This document shows, in pieces, positions 27,229 through 38,821 of a stretch of DNA of 47,438 nt. The notes below the pieces were generated by a model. The model had not been told where the DNA came from, made no database searches, and saw only the letters and a program-made list of their open reading frames with translations. The DNA comes from Paramecium tetraurelia (lineage: Eukaryota): positions 310,001-357,438 of the forward strand of contig CT868663.1 in NCBI GenBank assembly GCA_000165425.1, read 5' to 3'. Position 1 is the stretch's first letter. Each line of letters starts with the position of its first letter. Position numbers and translations under genes: made by a program.

Positions 27229-28041
27229 ATGAAGGCAATTTCATTTTAAGGCAACATATCGATTGAAGATTTATCCAATCAGAGAATCAATCTAGATACA
27301 TAGTTAAAGCATTCTGATGATTAATACGTTCGCAACATTTTACCTTTGAGAATTCAAAATTTTGAAATTAAACGATTAGAATGGAAGGATTTTATTGGCA
27401 AGCCAGACGATGAATCCCCTTGGATTGCACATTGTTATTGGAACAATTCTTACGAATACTACTTTACTCAGGATAGGGAATAGGTGAATTACAGAGAATA
27501 ATCTCCATTGCGTTTACCAAGAATACCATTGCAATAAATTAATCAAGTTAATTAGTTAAATGTCAAAACAGAAACTGTTAGGACAACAAGTGTTAATAAA
27601 ATCAAAAGATTGCCTACACCAACCATTAGTTCATCACCTTAAAGAGCTGTTAACAGAAGTAATTCAAGTTCTTCTCTTAGAAAACAATCCCCAAGCGTTC
27701 AAAAAATCAAATTACATGTGAAATGTAAGCTTCTTGAAAAGTCTTGGGCTAAATCGAAGAAGGATGATCTATTATTAGAACATGAAACAGGACATTATTT
27801 AATTGGTTGTCTTTCAGCTTTAGAATTTAAACGAAAGGTTGAATGTTCCGATGTGATGAGAAATAATAATCATTAATAATAAATAAGGACTATTTTTAAA
27901 CAGAATCTAAGGGAATATATACAAATTGAAAAAGATTATGATGAGGAAACAAATCATTACAAAGATGTTGAAAAATAAAAAATTTGGAATAGAAAATTAA
28001 AAGAACAATTACTACTTTATGAATATTATTTCAATCATTGA
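27229..28041 (+). CDS. DUF922-like putative Zn metalloprotease (270 aa)
   Basis: Intronless ORF with LEWKDFIGKP, KSW, LLEHETGHY (HExxH at 27781-27795) and EKDYDEETNH...QKIWNRKL. Confidence 0.75.
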
Positions 28042-28250
28042 AAGTTTAAGATTTCATATATATAAATCAAAATCACCTTATTTATTCGTTCTGCTTTTGA
28101 CTTATTCAAAAATTTTAAATATTGTTCAAAGATTGAATATGATTCATAATTGTCTACTGATCATTTTGATATTGATATTAATATGCTTATATGTAGTAAA
28201 AATTATAAAATTTTCTTGTGAAATTCATCTTCTTTCTAAGTTTATTTTGC

Positions 28251-28272
28251 AATTAATTAATTAATTAATTAA
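28251..28272. repeat. (AATT)n self-complementary microsatellite
   Basis: aattaattaattaattaattaa ends 1 nt before ATG 28274. Confidence 0.85.
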
Positions 28273-28273
28273 G

Positions 28274-31200
28274 ATGCTTATTTTCTTTCAATTACAACTT
28301 GCAATTGCTTAATGGGTAGTTTATTATAGCTCCTTTAATCAACCATATTGGATTTACTGTTCCGATAATACTTGCCCTTTCGGATTTAAGAAACATTAGA
28401 GCACCACATAGAATGCCCTCTATAAAAATTGTTCTAATCCAAAAGGAGTAGCTTTAATTTTGCAAAATTCACAAATGAGCACTATTTCAAATTACTAATA
28501 TAAACAACAGAATCCTTCTTCAAATAATCACACAATTGTATTTGACGTATACTACATTTCATAATGGAATAATGACGCACTGATATTCCAATATAAAAAT
28601 TAGGCTTATCAATTTATCTATTCTACATAGAATCCATTTAAATTTGTAAACGGAGCATGCAATTCAGAACAATATGACGTTAGAACATATCAAATCTCTC
28701 TTCCTTATACCAATTAATTTACGGAGATTAAGTTCAGGCTAACAAATTCGTTGACAAAAGCATTAATTAAAAATATCCATTTTTCATATATTTCTTGTCA
28801 CGGTACCTGTAAAACATGCACTGGAGTAGGTTATAATGAATGTACATCATGCATTTCCGATATAACTCTAACAGACGGCATTTGTCGATGTCCTTAAGGA
28901 AAAACATAATACAATTCAAAATGTAGAGAATATTGTTTGCTTGGATACACAGATAGAAGGGGAAGATATTGCAAGACATATCCATAATCTTACTTCCTAT
29001 TTTTAGATTTAATCAATTTCTAGTATTCTAAATTAATAAATTGGGATATTATTTATGATCCAAAGTAATTGAGCAATCAAAATAAAAAAGCAGGCCCATT
29101 ATTTGGGATTTTTAGATATAACGAAGGAGCTAGCGCTATAGTTAATACTACTTATTATGTATACCCATTAGGAGTGTAATTGTATCTTTACACATGCAAT
29201 GCAACTCCAACAAATTCAGGGATTTCTCTTTATTTAAATAATACTTACTATTCTTCAATCTACTATGATGGTACCAATTATATTGGGAACAACATTTATA
29301 TCGATTATGTCGGGGAAAAAGTATTAAGTGGTTGTTCATCTGCTAGACTTATATAATTATATGCGAATCTCAAAGTAGAATAAGGCGGCTTCAGTTTTGC
29401 AATCAAAGGGAACTTACGTATATATATAATTTATATAAATTAAGATCTGATAATTCTGGATGGTATTTGTTATAAGTAGTAATTTGCAGTCCACAATGTC
29501 CGATAAATTGTTTAAAATGTAAAAAGTCTTACATTTGTTCATAATGTTTCTCTGGGTATAAATTAGTTTCTGATGGCAATTGCATAATATAATGTCCAAA
29601 AGCTTCAAAACTTTAGAACAATATTTGTATCAAATATGATGATGTGACTAAATGTAAACTACTCTTTAATATTAGACTCAAAATATCTTATATAACTATT
29701 CTATGATTTCACTGTTCCTGACAATATAAGCTCTTCTTTTGTTTTGGAATCCTCAACAAGCGAAGACTTTTAAAAAGGTGATGAAATTTATTGGTCGTAT
29801 ATAGACACAAATGTTGTTTATGGAGGAATACACGTTTGGGCAACAGCCAGATTTTCGTAAATATATACCATTAATTCACCACATCATTCATTAACTATAT
29901 ACTTTGATGCTATCTTTGGATACAAATTCGATGGTGTCACAGGATACTTGGGATATTCAGTAAATAACCAAACTGAACAATCAGTTAATAAAAATTCTAC
30001 AGTAAGTATAAATATCTCTACTCCTTCACCGACTTTATCAATTTCATTTTAATGCTACGGGGCAACCAACAATGTTAGAGATAAATATTGCGCAATCGGA
30101 TTTTATTATATTGTTGTTCATTATTGTAGTCCCTATTGTCTTCAATGTACAGATGAAAATAATTGCTTATAATTGGATAATTCTATTGATACATCAGTAA
30201 TATTAAATCCATCATCCTGCAGTTCATCATAGTATTATGATGACGAATATTACAGATGTGAAGAATGTCCTTAGATTTGTGAAACTTGTCTTAATGAAAT
30301 TGATTGTCTAAGTTGTAAATACCCTTATTAAATTTTTGTAACATCATGTGTGTTGTAATGTAAAATCAATGAGTATTTTGATGAATAGAATTAGATTTGT
30401 GATTGTAATACTTTCAAACTAATTATTAGTATGCAATCCAATATGCAAACAATGCCAAATCAAAAATGAATGCATCCATTGCGAATAATCTATGTTTAGA
30501 TATCTGTTCTATAATTAATGTTTATGTTATGATGGTTATTACGATGACAATATCAATATTGAATGTTAGGTTTGTCATTTATTGTGTACAAAATGTTTTG
30601 GATCATCAAATACAGAATGCAATGAATGTATCACCGTAGACAAAGTTGAAATTGTAGGCAATACTTGTAATTGTAAAAGTGAATATTATTTTGAGAAATC
30701 CAATCGGACTTGCATGTAATGCCATAATAAATGCGTAACTTGTTTTTCATCATCTGAAGACTCTTGTCTTAGTTGCAGTAGCTTAGAAAACAGAAGAATA
30801 GATGGTCTTCATTGTTCCTGTTAAACTGGATATTACGAACTGAATGATATATGTGTCTCTTGTCCAATCATTGAAGATTCAAGTCTTTATTAATGTTATA
30901 AATAATGCGGTGATAATTCTATCTCTTGGTTTAATTAAGTTTGCTCGGCTATTACATGTTTAATAGGATTTACAAACTAAGACAATTAATGCTTTCCGAT
31001 ATGTGGGGATCTAATTGTAAATGGCAATGAGGAATGTGATGATGGTAATAGTATTTTAGATGATGGATGTTACAATTGTAAATTTTAATGTCCAAAACAA
31101 TGCACAATTTGTAATCAATATACAACCTTGCCTTGTGCAAATGTATGTGGTGATCAAGTCATTAGTGGATCAGAAGAATGTGATGATGGTAATCTTATAT

Positions 31201-34200
31201 AATTTGATGGTTGTTATCAATGCAAGCTTGAATGCTAAATCTAATGCACTTAATGTATGTACGGATAATGCTATTAATGTCAGACATATGGTTGGATTGT
31301 TGATATTGCATCAAAAACTTGTATTGAAAATTGTGGTGATTTAATTGTTATGGCAAGTGAATAGTGTGATGATGGATATAATTTTGACTCTAATGATGGA
31401 TGTTATTAGTGTAAGAGAGTATGCAGAGATGACTGTTTAAAATGTAGTTCTGATGGTTTAAAATGTCTAGAATGCTAAGTGGGATTTTAACCCGTTGGTT
31501 ATTATTGTAAAAATATATGTGGAGATGGCTATTTAGCAATTGATCCTTTTAATAGAAATACTGAGGAATGTGATGATTTCAATTCAACAGATTTTGATGG
31601 TTGTAGTAAAGTATGCAAGTTCCAATGTTAAACAACTATTTGCAAGACCTGTGTAAATAATTAATGTCTAGAGTGCGTTGATAATTATTATTTAGATCAA
31701 AAAAAGAATAAATGTATAGAACTATGTAATGATGACATTATTGTTGGCTAAGAAATTTGTGAGGACATGAATAGTTTACTATATGATGGATGTTACAATT
31801 GTTAATTATCTTGTCAATCAAGTTGCTAGAATTGCTCAAAAAATGGCTGCTCATCTTGTTTATAAGGGTATCAATTGATTGGTAATCGATGTTCAAGCAT
31901 ATGTGGAGATGGATTAAAAGTCCCAGAAGAAGATTGCGATGATGGTAACTTAATGCCATTTGACGGTTGCCATGGGTGTAAATACTCTTGTAATTCAACT
32001 TGTTAGACTTGCTACCTTGGTCATTGTTTACGGTGTCAACTTGGGTATGTGAAGTATAATGGATTGTGCGAAAAGTAACAAACTTTTATTAATAACAAAT
32101 TATAAAGCTTAAACCTTGATGTAAACTTAAATCCTATAGTTTAAAATCAACCTACAATGTTATTTAATGAATTTTGTAAGGAAGCCATTAATGGTACATG
32201 TCTTGTATGTTAAGATAATTACTATTTAAATTCTATTACATCTATTTGCTAGAGCTTATGTGGGGATGCTTATATAAATGGACATGAATAATGTGATGAT
32301 AGAAAACGGTAAAGTAATATCATTTGTAACTAATGCAAATTAAATTGTGACGAAAATTGCAAGATTTGCTAATTTGGAATTTGTATACAATGTGATGAAG
32401 GATTTTTCTTACAATTTAAAACTAATCTTTGCGAAATTTATGCACAATGCAATGAGGTCGGATTATATTATGATTCCCTAAATAATGTTTGCTATGATTA
32501 ATGTGGGGATGGTCTAATATCACCAAGAGAATAATGTGAAGATGATAATGATGAACCCTATGATGGATGCTATAAATGCAAATATTCTTGTTATCCTACT
32601 TGTCCATTATGTATTTTAGGTAAATGTGCTGACAATGGTTAAGCTTGTAAAGTAGGTTACTTTTTTGATACCGAAACGGCATCATGTTCTAATGTTTGCG
32701 GTGATGGAATTTTGGCAATACCTGATGAAGAATGTGATAGTGGAATACTTTTGGATGATGGAGATTATCAATGTGATAATTGTAAGAAGATTTGTAACGA
32801 TCATTGTGAGATTTGTGATCCAAATAAATAATGTATTCAATGCAAGGAAAATTATGAATTATTAAATCAAAAATGTTACTCTAAAGAATTGAATCATTAG
32901 CCATGCTTGATTGAAAATTGTGAAAATTGTGAAGACTTTAAATGCTTTGAATGCTCAATGGGTTATTCCTACGCTCCAATAGAAAATGAATGTTAAACTA
33001 TTTGTGGGGATGGAATTATTTTTGGTAAAGAAATTTGTGATGATGGTAACAGAATTAATGGAGATGGTTGTGATTCACATTGTAAACCATCCAAAAATAC
33101 CCAATGTGTTAATAATCAATGCGTTTACATTTCACCCCCTATACCTTAATTGAAATTTGTAAAAGAAAAAGATAATTCCTAAATTCTTTATTTGACTTAT
33201 GATCAATAAGTAAAATTATCAGAGAATTATTCAATTTCAATGTTTACAGAGTCCATCAAATCGTAAATAAATAATAAAGTTACAAATGTATCCTTTTCTG
33301 AAATTAGTGCACTTGACTAAGAATCTTATAAATACCTACAGATTGAAATTAACATAGGGTATGAGGAAATAATAATCAATCCTATATTTTCTATTCATTT
33401 TACTGACCTAAATATAATCATAAATGAATTTGGAATGACATCAATCTAATAAGATATCTCGATATAATTAGCATCTCCAAATGTTTTATCTGAAATACAA
33501 AAATAAATAACATAATCCCTTATATCGATTAGTGGGTATTAAGTTAAAATAATAGCAGGTCTTATTTTACTATCATCATTTGATGGAAAATTTGAGATAA
33601 TTCAAAATCAAATTGATACTATTTAATTGCTTTATTACCTAAAGTATATCAATACCAGAAAAGGTCAAAACTTAATTTAGTTTTTTGAAACTTTTAGGAT
33701 CATTTAACTCACTAATCTCTATGATTTGATCGGATTCAATCCTTCGAATGATTTATTTTTTGAATTCTCTTCTTAGAAATCAGAGGGCATTTTTGAAGAA
33801 GATGGACGAAATGCGAATTATCTAGCTAATTTCATTTAAATCTCTGCAATTTTTGCTCTAGCCTATTTAACTCATTTGGCAATATAGATCTGGATTAATT
33901 ACTCTATGAATAAAATCTAGAATTTTTAAATTAAAAATTTTAATATGTTTCTATTGAAAAGATTCCAAAAAGTTATAAGATTTTTAATCAAAAATTGTAG
34001 AAATAACTTTAGTGAATAAATTAAAGGACTATTTTAATCACTCATTTATGAATACTCTATAGCTTCATTCTTATCTTTAATCTATTAAGATTTTAGTTCA
34101 ACTGAAGGAAAAGTTAGTCTGATATTAAATGGAGTGGTCACCTATCTATTGTTTTATTATTTACTATTTTAGAAAAATTCAGAGAAAAAATTACACATTG

Positions 34201-34631
34201 AATTTACTTACTCATGTGTATAAAAGGTGCTATTTGGAATTATTTTGATTATTTGTTTTAAGTCTGCCATACTTTAAATTCAATTGTGTGCTTTAAATGA
34301 ATTCATTTATTTTTACCATTTATTTAAATTAAAGAGCGATCTTGATAAATTTTCATTATTCAAAAAAAAATTGAAGCATTTTCATTTATTTAGCATCAAT
34401 ATTATGCTTTTGATAAATGAATTATATAAGACTGACCCATTTAAGATAATTTAAATAGGATGGGCTATTATTGCCATGATGAGTTCAGTATTAACTATGA
34501 CACTGGTAGTTGATGTGCGCAAAATATTATAACCATTTTTATCAAAATTCCTCAATAAACTAAAATAATAGAGGCCCATTTTTAAAAACCATGAAATATT
34601 TGATCAAATTTAATAAATAAATTGTAAGTGA
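28274..34631 (+). CDS. Large Cys-rich surface/membrane protein with furin-like and CGDG..EECDDGN (Myxococcus Cys-rich/DUF4215-type) repeats
   Basis: Signal-like MLIFFQLQLAIA; CxxC furin-like repeats; about 10 CGD..E.CDD..DGC units in 31000-33085; multi-pass hydrophobic C-terminus. Introns 29418-29444, 29654-29675 and 30405-30429. One apparent -1 frameshift at ~29415. Confidence 0.88.
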
Positions 34632-35176
34632 GTGTTTAATGTAGAGAATCAAATATAGATTAATTTCTTATTCTCATTATTTCATTCTATAATGAAAATA
34701 TATTATTAAATTTTTGTAATTATTTACAATTACTATGATATTAATTATCTAACTAAAAGAATTATTTTTTGTTTTATTTAAATAAAATGATTAGAAGCTT
34801 ACTAATTAATACACAATATTATCTCATTAAGAACCATTGATTAAATTTAAATTTCTTTGTAGAATCAAATAATATTACAATTAATAGAGACGTAATAATA
34901 GACATAATATATGTATAGTAGATATCACAGATATATTATATTTGGAGATAATTACATATCTTAATAAATTGTAGATGATAATTAAATATCTCTACACAAC
35001 ATCCAGCCAAGCCAATTTTGAATTTTTATCTTTATGGATCAAGGATTGGACATAATATTTAGCTGAAAATATATGTTGAATGAGGAACATTGAATTAAAT
35101 AGATGAATATTTTTAGATTCAATTATAAATAAGATCTTTTTAAATTCAAATATTTTTAAGATATAAAATACATCAA

Positions 35177-35989
35177 TCATTTTTATTTAACAATGTTCTT
35201 GATTTATCTCCAAATTTCATCTACTTATCTTTCTGCATCGATCTCATGCAAAATATTTCTCCTAGAATAATAAATATCCATGTATACTATCTATAATAGT
35301 CAACAATTGGAGAGGTTTTGCTCTAATACACTCGTAATCTGTTTCTAATAGTGCTCTCCTTATCATCTTCTCTTTATATTAAATCTTCTCCTGTGATATC
35401 ATCTTTTCCATATTGTTTTGGAGGATTGAACTTATAATTGTATGTTCTTCCCGAAGCTAGATGGGTCCATCTACCTCCTAGTCGATCGATAACGGTATCT
35501 TCTCTGACGTTCATGAAGATAGCTTGATCAATTTATTATCCACTCTATTTTAAAATTTCATCTAATTTCTGAGCTTGAGGAATAGTTCTTGGAAATCCAT
35601 CCAAAATAGCTCCATTTGCACATGCAGGCCTGAATTAAAGTTTATAATTACTTGGATAATTGATATTTGATTAAATTACACATAACTTCATCTTCAATTA
35701 GCTCACCTCTATCCATAATTCCTTTAAGCCGCTTACCAAAATCACTTCCAGACCTGACTTCTTCTCTAAGAGGTCTCCTGTAGATAGATGGCACATGCAA
35801 AAATGGGCCAGCATTTTTGCTGAATGAGTCCCCTTTCCTAGACATATGTAAAACGCATAACTTACCAGCTCCAGGCATTCCGAGCAATACAATACGTTTC
35901 TTCAATCCTTCTTCTTAACAACGATATCTCCTAAACAACTCAGTGATTAATGCCTTCTCAGAGATTTCTGAGTATGCCTTAGTATCCAT
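35177..35989 (-). CDS. Adenylate kinase (LID-containing, AK2-like); apparent -1 frameshift at ~35767
   Basis: GMPGAGKGT, HLSTGDLL-REEV, ILDGFPRT, GRWTHLASGRTY, DDITGEDLIQREDD; three tiny introns. Confidence 0.93.
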
Positions 35990-36032
35990 TATTAATGAAA
36001 AAATAATTTTGCCAACTAATTATTATAAAATT

Positions 36033-36230
36033 TCATTAATCAACATCATCTTTACCAATTTCTTCTTCGAGTTCATCAATAACTTCTTCGCTTTCAGATG
36101 CTATTAATAGTCTAAATCATTGAGTACCAGCGTAATCAGGATTTTAATGATTCTTTAAATGGGCGGTCAGATTGCTGGACTAACTAAATCGCTTTTGGCA
36201 ATCAGGATATCTGCATGAATATGGTATCAT
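36033..36230 (-). pseudogene. Single C2H2 zinc finger with acidic tail (mini-gene or 3' remnant)
   Basis: MIPYSCRYPDCQKRFSQSSNLTAHLKNHQNPDYA, a 27-nt intron, then ASESEEVIDELEEEIGKDDVDQ-TGA. No intact fingers upstream. Confidence 0.7.
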
Positions 36231-36684
36231 TTAATAATATATCAATTCGCTTTTAAAGAATTTGACCATTTACTAATAGATAACAAGATCGCCACTATTT
36301 AATGTGCATAATTTTAATTTTTGTTGATCCAATCATTTAGTTTATAAGTTTTAAAATGGATCTTAAAAACATTATAGATAATTATCTTCTTCTGGATTTC
36401 CTTTGAATGTATTGAAAATAGAAATTTAAAAGAATAGTTCATAATCATTAATGTCATTAATTGGTTAATAACAAAAGTACAAATCATTCAATATAAATCA
36501 TTAATAATTAATTTTTTATGAATATATTATTCTTGTCATATCAATTTAATTCATTTGATTTGGGTTAAGTTAAAAGTGTTCAAATATGATGCAAAAGTTT
36601 AAGACTTAAATTAAACAATATTAGATTTTTTAAATTAAATGAATAAAAACCAAGCTCAAACATGTTAATTAAAATATTAATTTT

Positions 36685-37450
36685 ATGAAAAAGTTCTTTT
36701 CTTCAATTAAAAATGCAACAACTCAGCTTGCAAAAGGACTTTTTTCTTCTAAAGAAGAGACACAATAACAAGAAAATAAATAAGAGATGACTCCTGAGGA
36801 ATCAAAATAATAATGTAAAATTACTATTTAGAAAATAGATGATGATTATATTAAAAGTTATTTAGATTCTGATAAGGAATTGAAAGCTAAAATTTTGACA
36901 GATCGATAATGCTTTAATATGGCAGTGCTTGATTTATGCTGGAAAAAAATATTAGAAATAAAAAATCTATATGCTAATGAAAGGAGAATTAATTTCTAAC
37001 CTAAATTTGTTATTTTGGAATAATAGCATTGGGAGAGGATTGTAATTCAAGTTGCTGAGTTAATTTAATCTTATTACAATATTTAAATTTACTATGATAG
37101 ATAAGAATTAATAAGAATAGTAATTAAATAATTTTATTTTATAGATCAAATAAAAGGTTTTGGAGGAATAATGTATAAAGATTTTGTTTAGTAAAGAAGA
37201 AATGAAAGACTATTTTTAGTTTTTTGAAAAATCAGATATATATCTTAATTAATTGAAATAATAATTCCCTCAAATAGCATATGAATATACTGAATCCTAA
37301 ATAAAAGAAATATCAAAGCAATACATAGTTGACCAGGCATTTGAATTATACAAATTTGATGACTGCGATGAATTCAAGGGAGTTAAACTATTTCATGATG
37401 ATGAAGAAGTTTTAAGATGGTTTCAGAGAAAATAAGCCATATCAAATTGA
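36685..37450 (+). CDS. Hypothetical protein
   Basis: MKKFFSSIKNATTQLAKGLFSS..., two tiny introns, open to TGA 37448-37450. Confidence 0.8.
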
Positions 37451-37523
37451 CTTAATATTGATGTATATAATATATATATAATGCTTTATTATCGAAAACA
37501 AGCAATTAATAATAAAGTAATTG

Positions 37524-38147
37524 TCATAGTTAAAATGATAATGACGATTATGCTCTGCTATTTTAAGTGCTATTTGGAATTATTTTCTTAGTTTTTTTTC
37601 TATGGGTTGCTCCAGTCATATTCTAAATAATTTTAAAATATTTGTCTTTTTAAAAAAACTGATTTAAATTCCTTTCTAAATAACCTGTCAATGGATATTG
37701 TATAATCTTATTAGTTATTTTATTTTATTGTTAAATTTTAGGTGATTGCTGTCTAATCTTGAACTAACAACTCTTTTATTCCTTTTTAAAAGATTACCGA
37801 TATTAATTGGAATTTGGTTACATGTATCTTTAATCTTACCAGGCCCCAAAATCTGTGTCTTCCACTATTTTTATAAATATCTATTGAATTACTAACACTT
37901 TTAGCTCTTTCTTTTACGATTGGATTCTAAATTTCAACTGTTTAAAATGCACTAATCGCTTCCAGGTATTATTGTGCATCATTCTCAACCTTCAACCTTA
38001 AAGGAGAGATGTTAAATTGTACAGGATTGTCAAATAATTCTGAAGCGATCTAAACTAAAATTATTCTCATACATTGATTCTTTTTAACTTAGATCTCATT
38101 GGTAATGGATTTTCATTTTCGTTATTTTTTATTTTAATAGGTTTCAT
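37524..38147 (-). CDS. Hypothetical basic protein
   Basis: MKPIKIKNNENENPLPMRSKLKRIN, intron, IASELFDNP...RHRFWGLVRLKIH, intron, ...SSLSFQL-TGA. Confidence 0.65.
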
Positions 38148-38821
38148 TTACAAGCAAAATTTTATATTCGTTAATAAATTATTAATAATTAAATATAAGT
38201 CATACTATCTCTATTAAGCAACTCTCCTAATTTTTATTTTCATGTTATCATACTTTCTCCAACATTTCTTCTTTTTATAAGAGCAATTAATAATATTCTA
38301 AAATGTTTCAATAAAATAATATATGTTATCTTCATACTTTTCTAATATCCTCCTTAATTTTTACTCATTCTTTTCAATTTCCTCTTACTATTATTATCTA
38401 TGTTTATATAATTGGCTGTTTAAAGTTCTTATTTCATTTTGATTACCTTGATTGTCATATTTATTAAAAATAATTCCAGAAATATTTTATAATGAACTGA
38501 TATAATAATTTAAGAACAATAAATATTGGAGTTGATATTCAATTTTTATAAACACTTTTTATTATCTATATCTTTGGATTTGATGCTTCCTTCGATCAAT
38601 TCAAAATGTTAAGAGAATATTTCTATAATAATATAATAAATAATAACTATTAATTGGAATTTATCTTGATTTATTATTCTATTGCTCTTTTTGATATTAT
38701 TGCAAAACTATATCAATCAAGTAATAGGTTTAACCTAAACAAGAGATATTATACTTTATGTACATAAAATGCTGATTAGAATTGAATATTGGATGAAAAT
38801 TAAGTTTACATAAAATAAAAA

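Noticed and set aside
31000..33085. Periodic tgtggggat/tgtgatgatgg repeats as a CRISPR-like or satellite array
   Set aside because: Degenerate coding repeats (CGD/CDDG) inside one ORF.
28019..35180. Short ORFs over and around the Cys-rich gene
   Set aside because: Off-frame or antisense to the real CDS, or AT-rich intergenic sequence with no motifs.
38200..38790. Possible minus-strand gene between the K+ channel and the hypothetical gene
   Set aside because: No coherent start, splice structure or motif could be built; at best a decayed relic.
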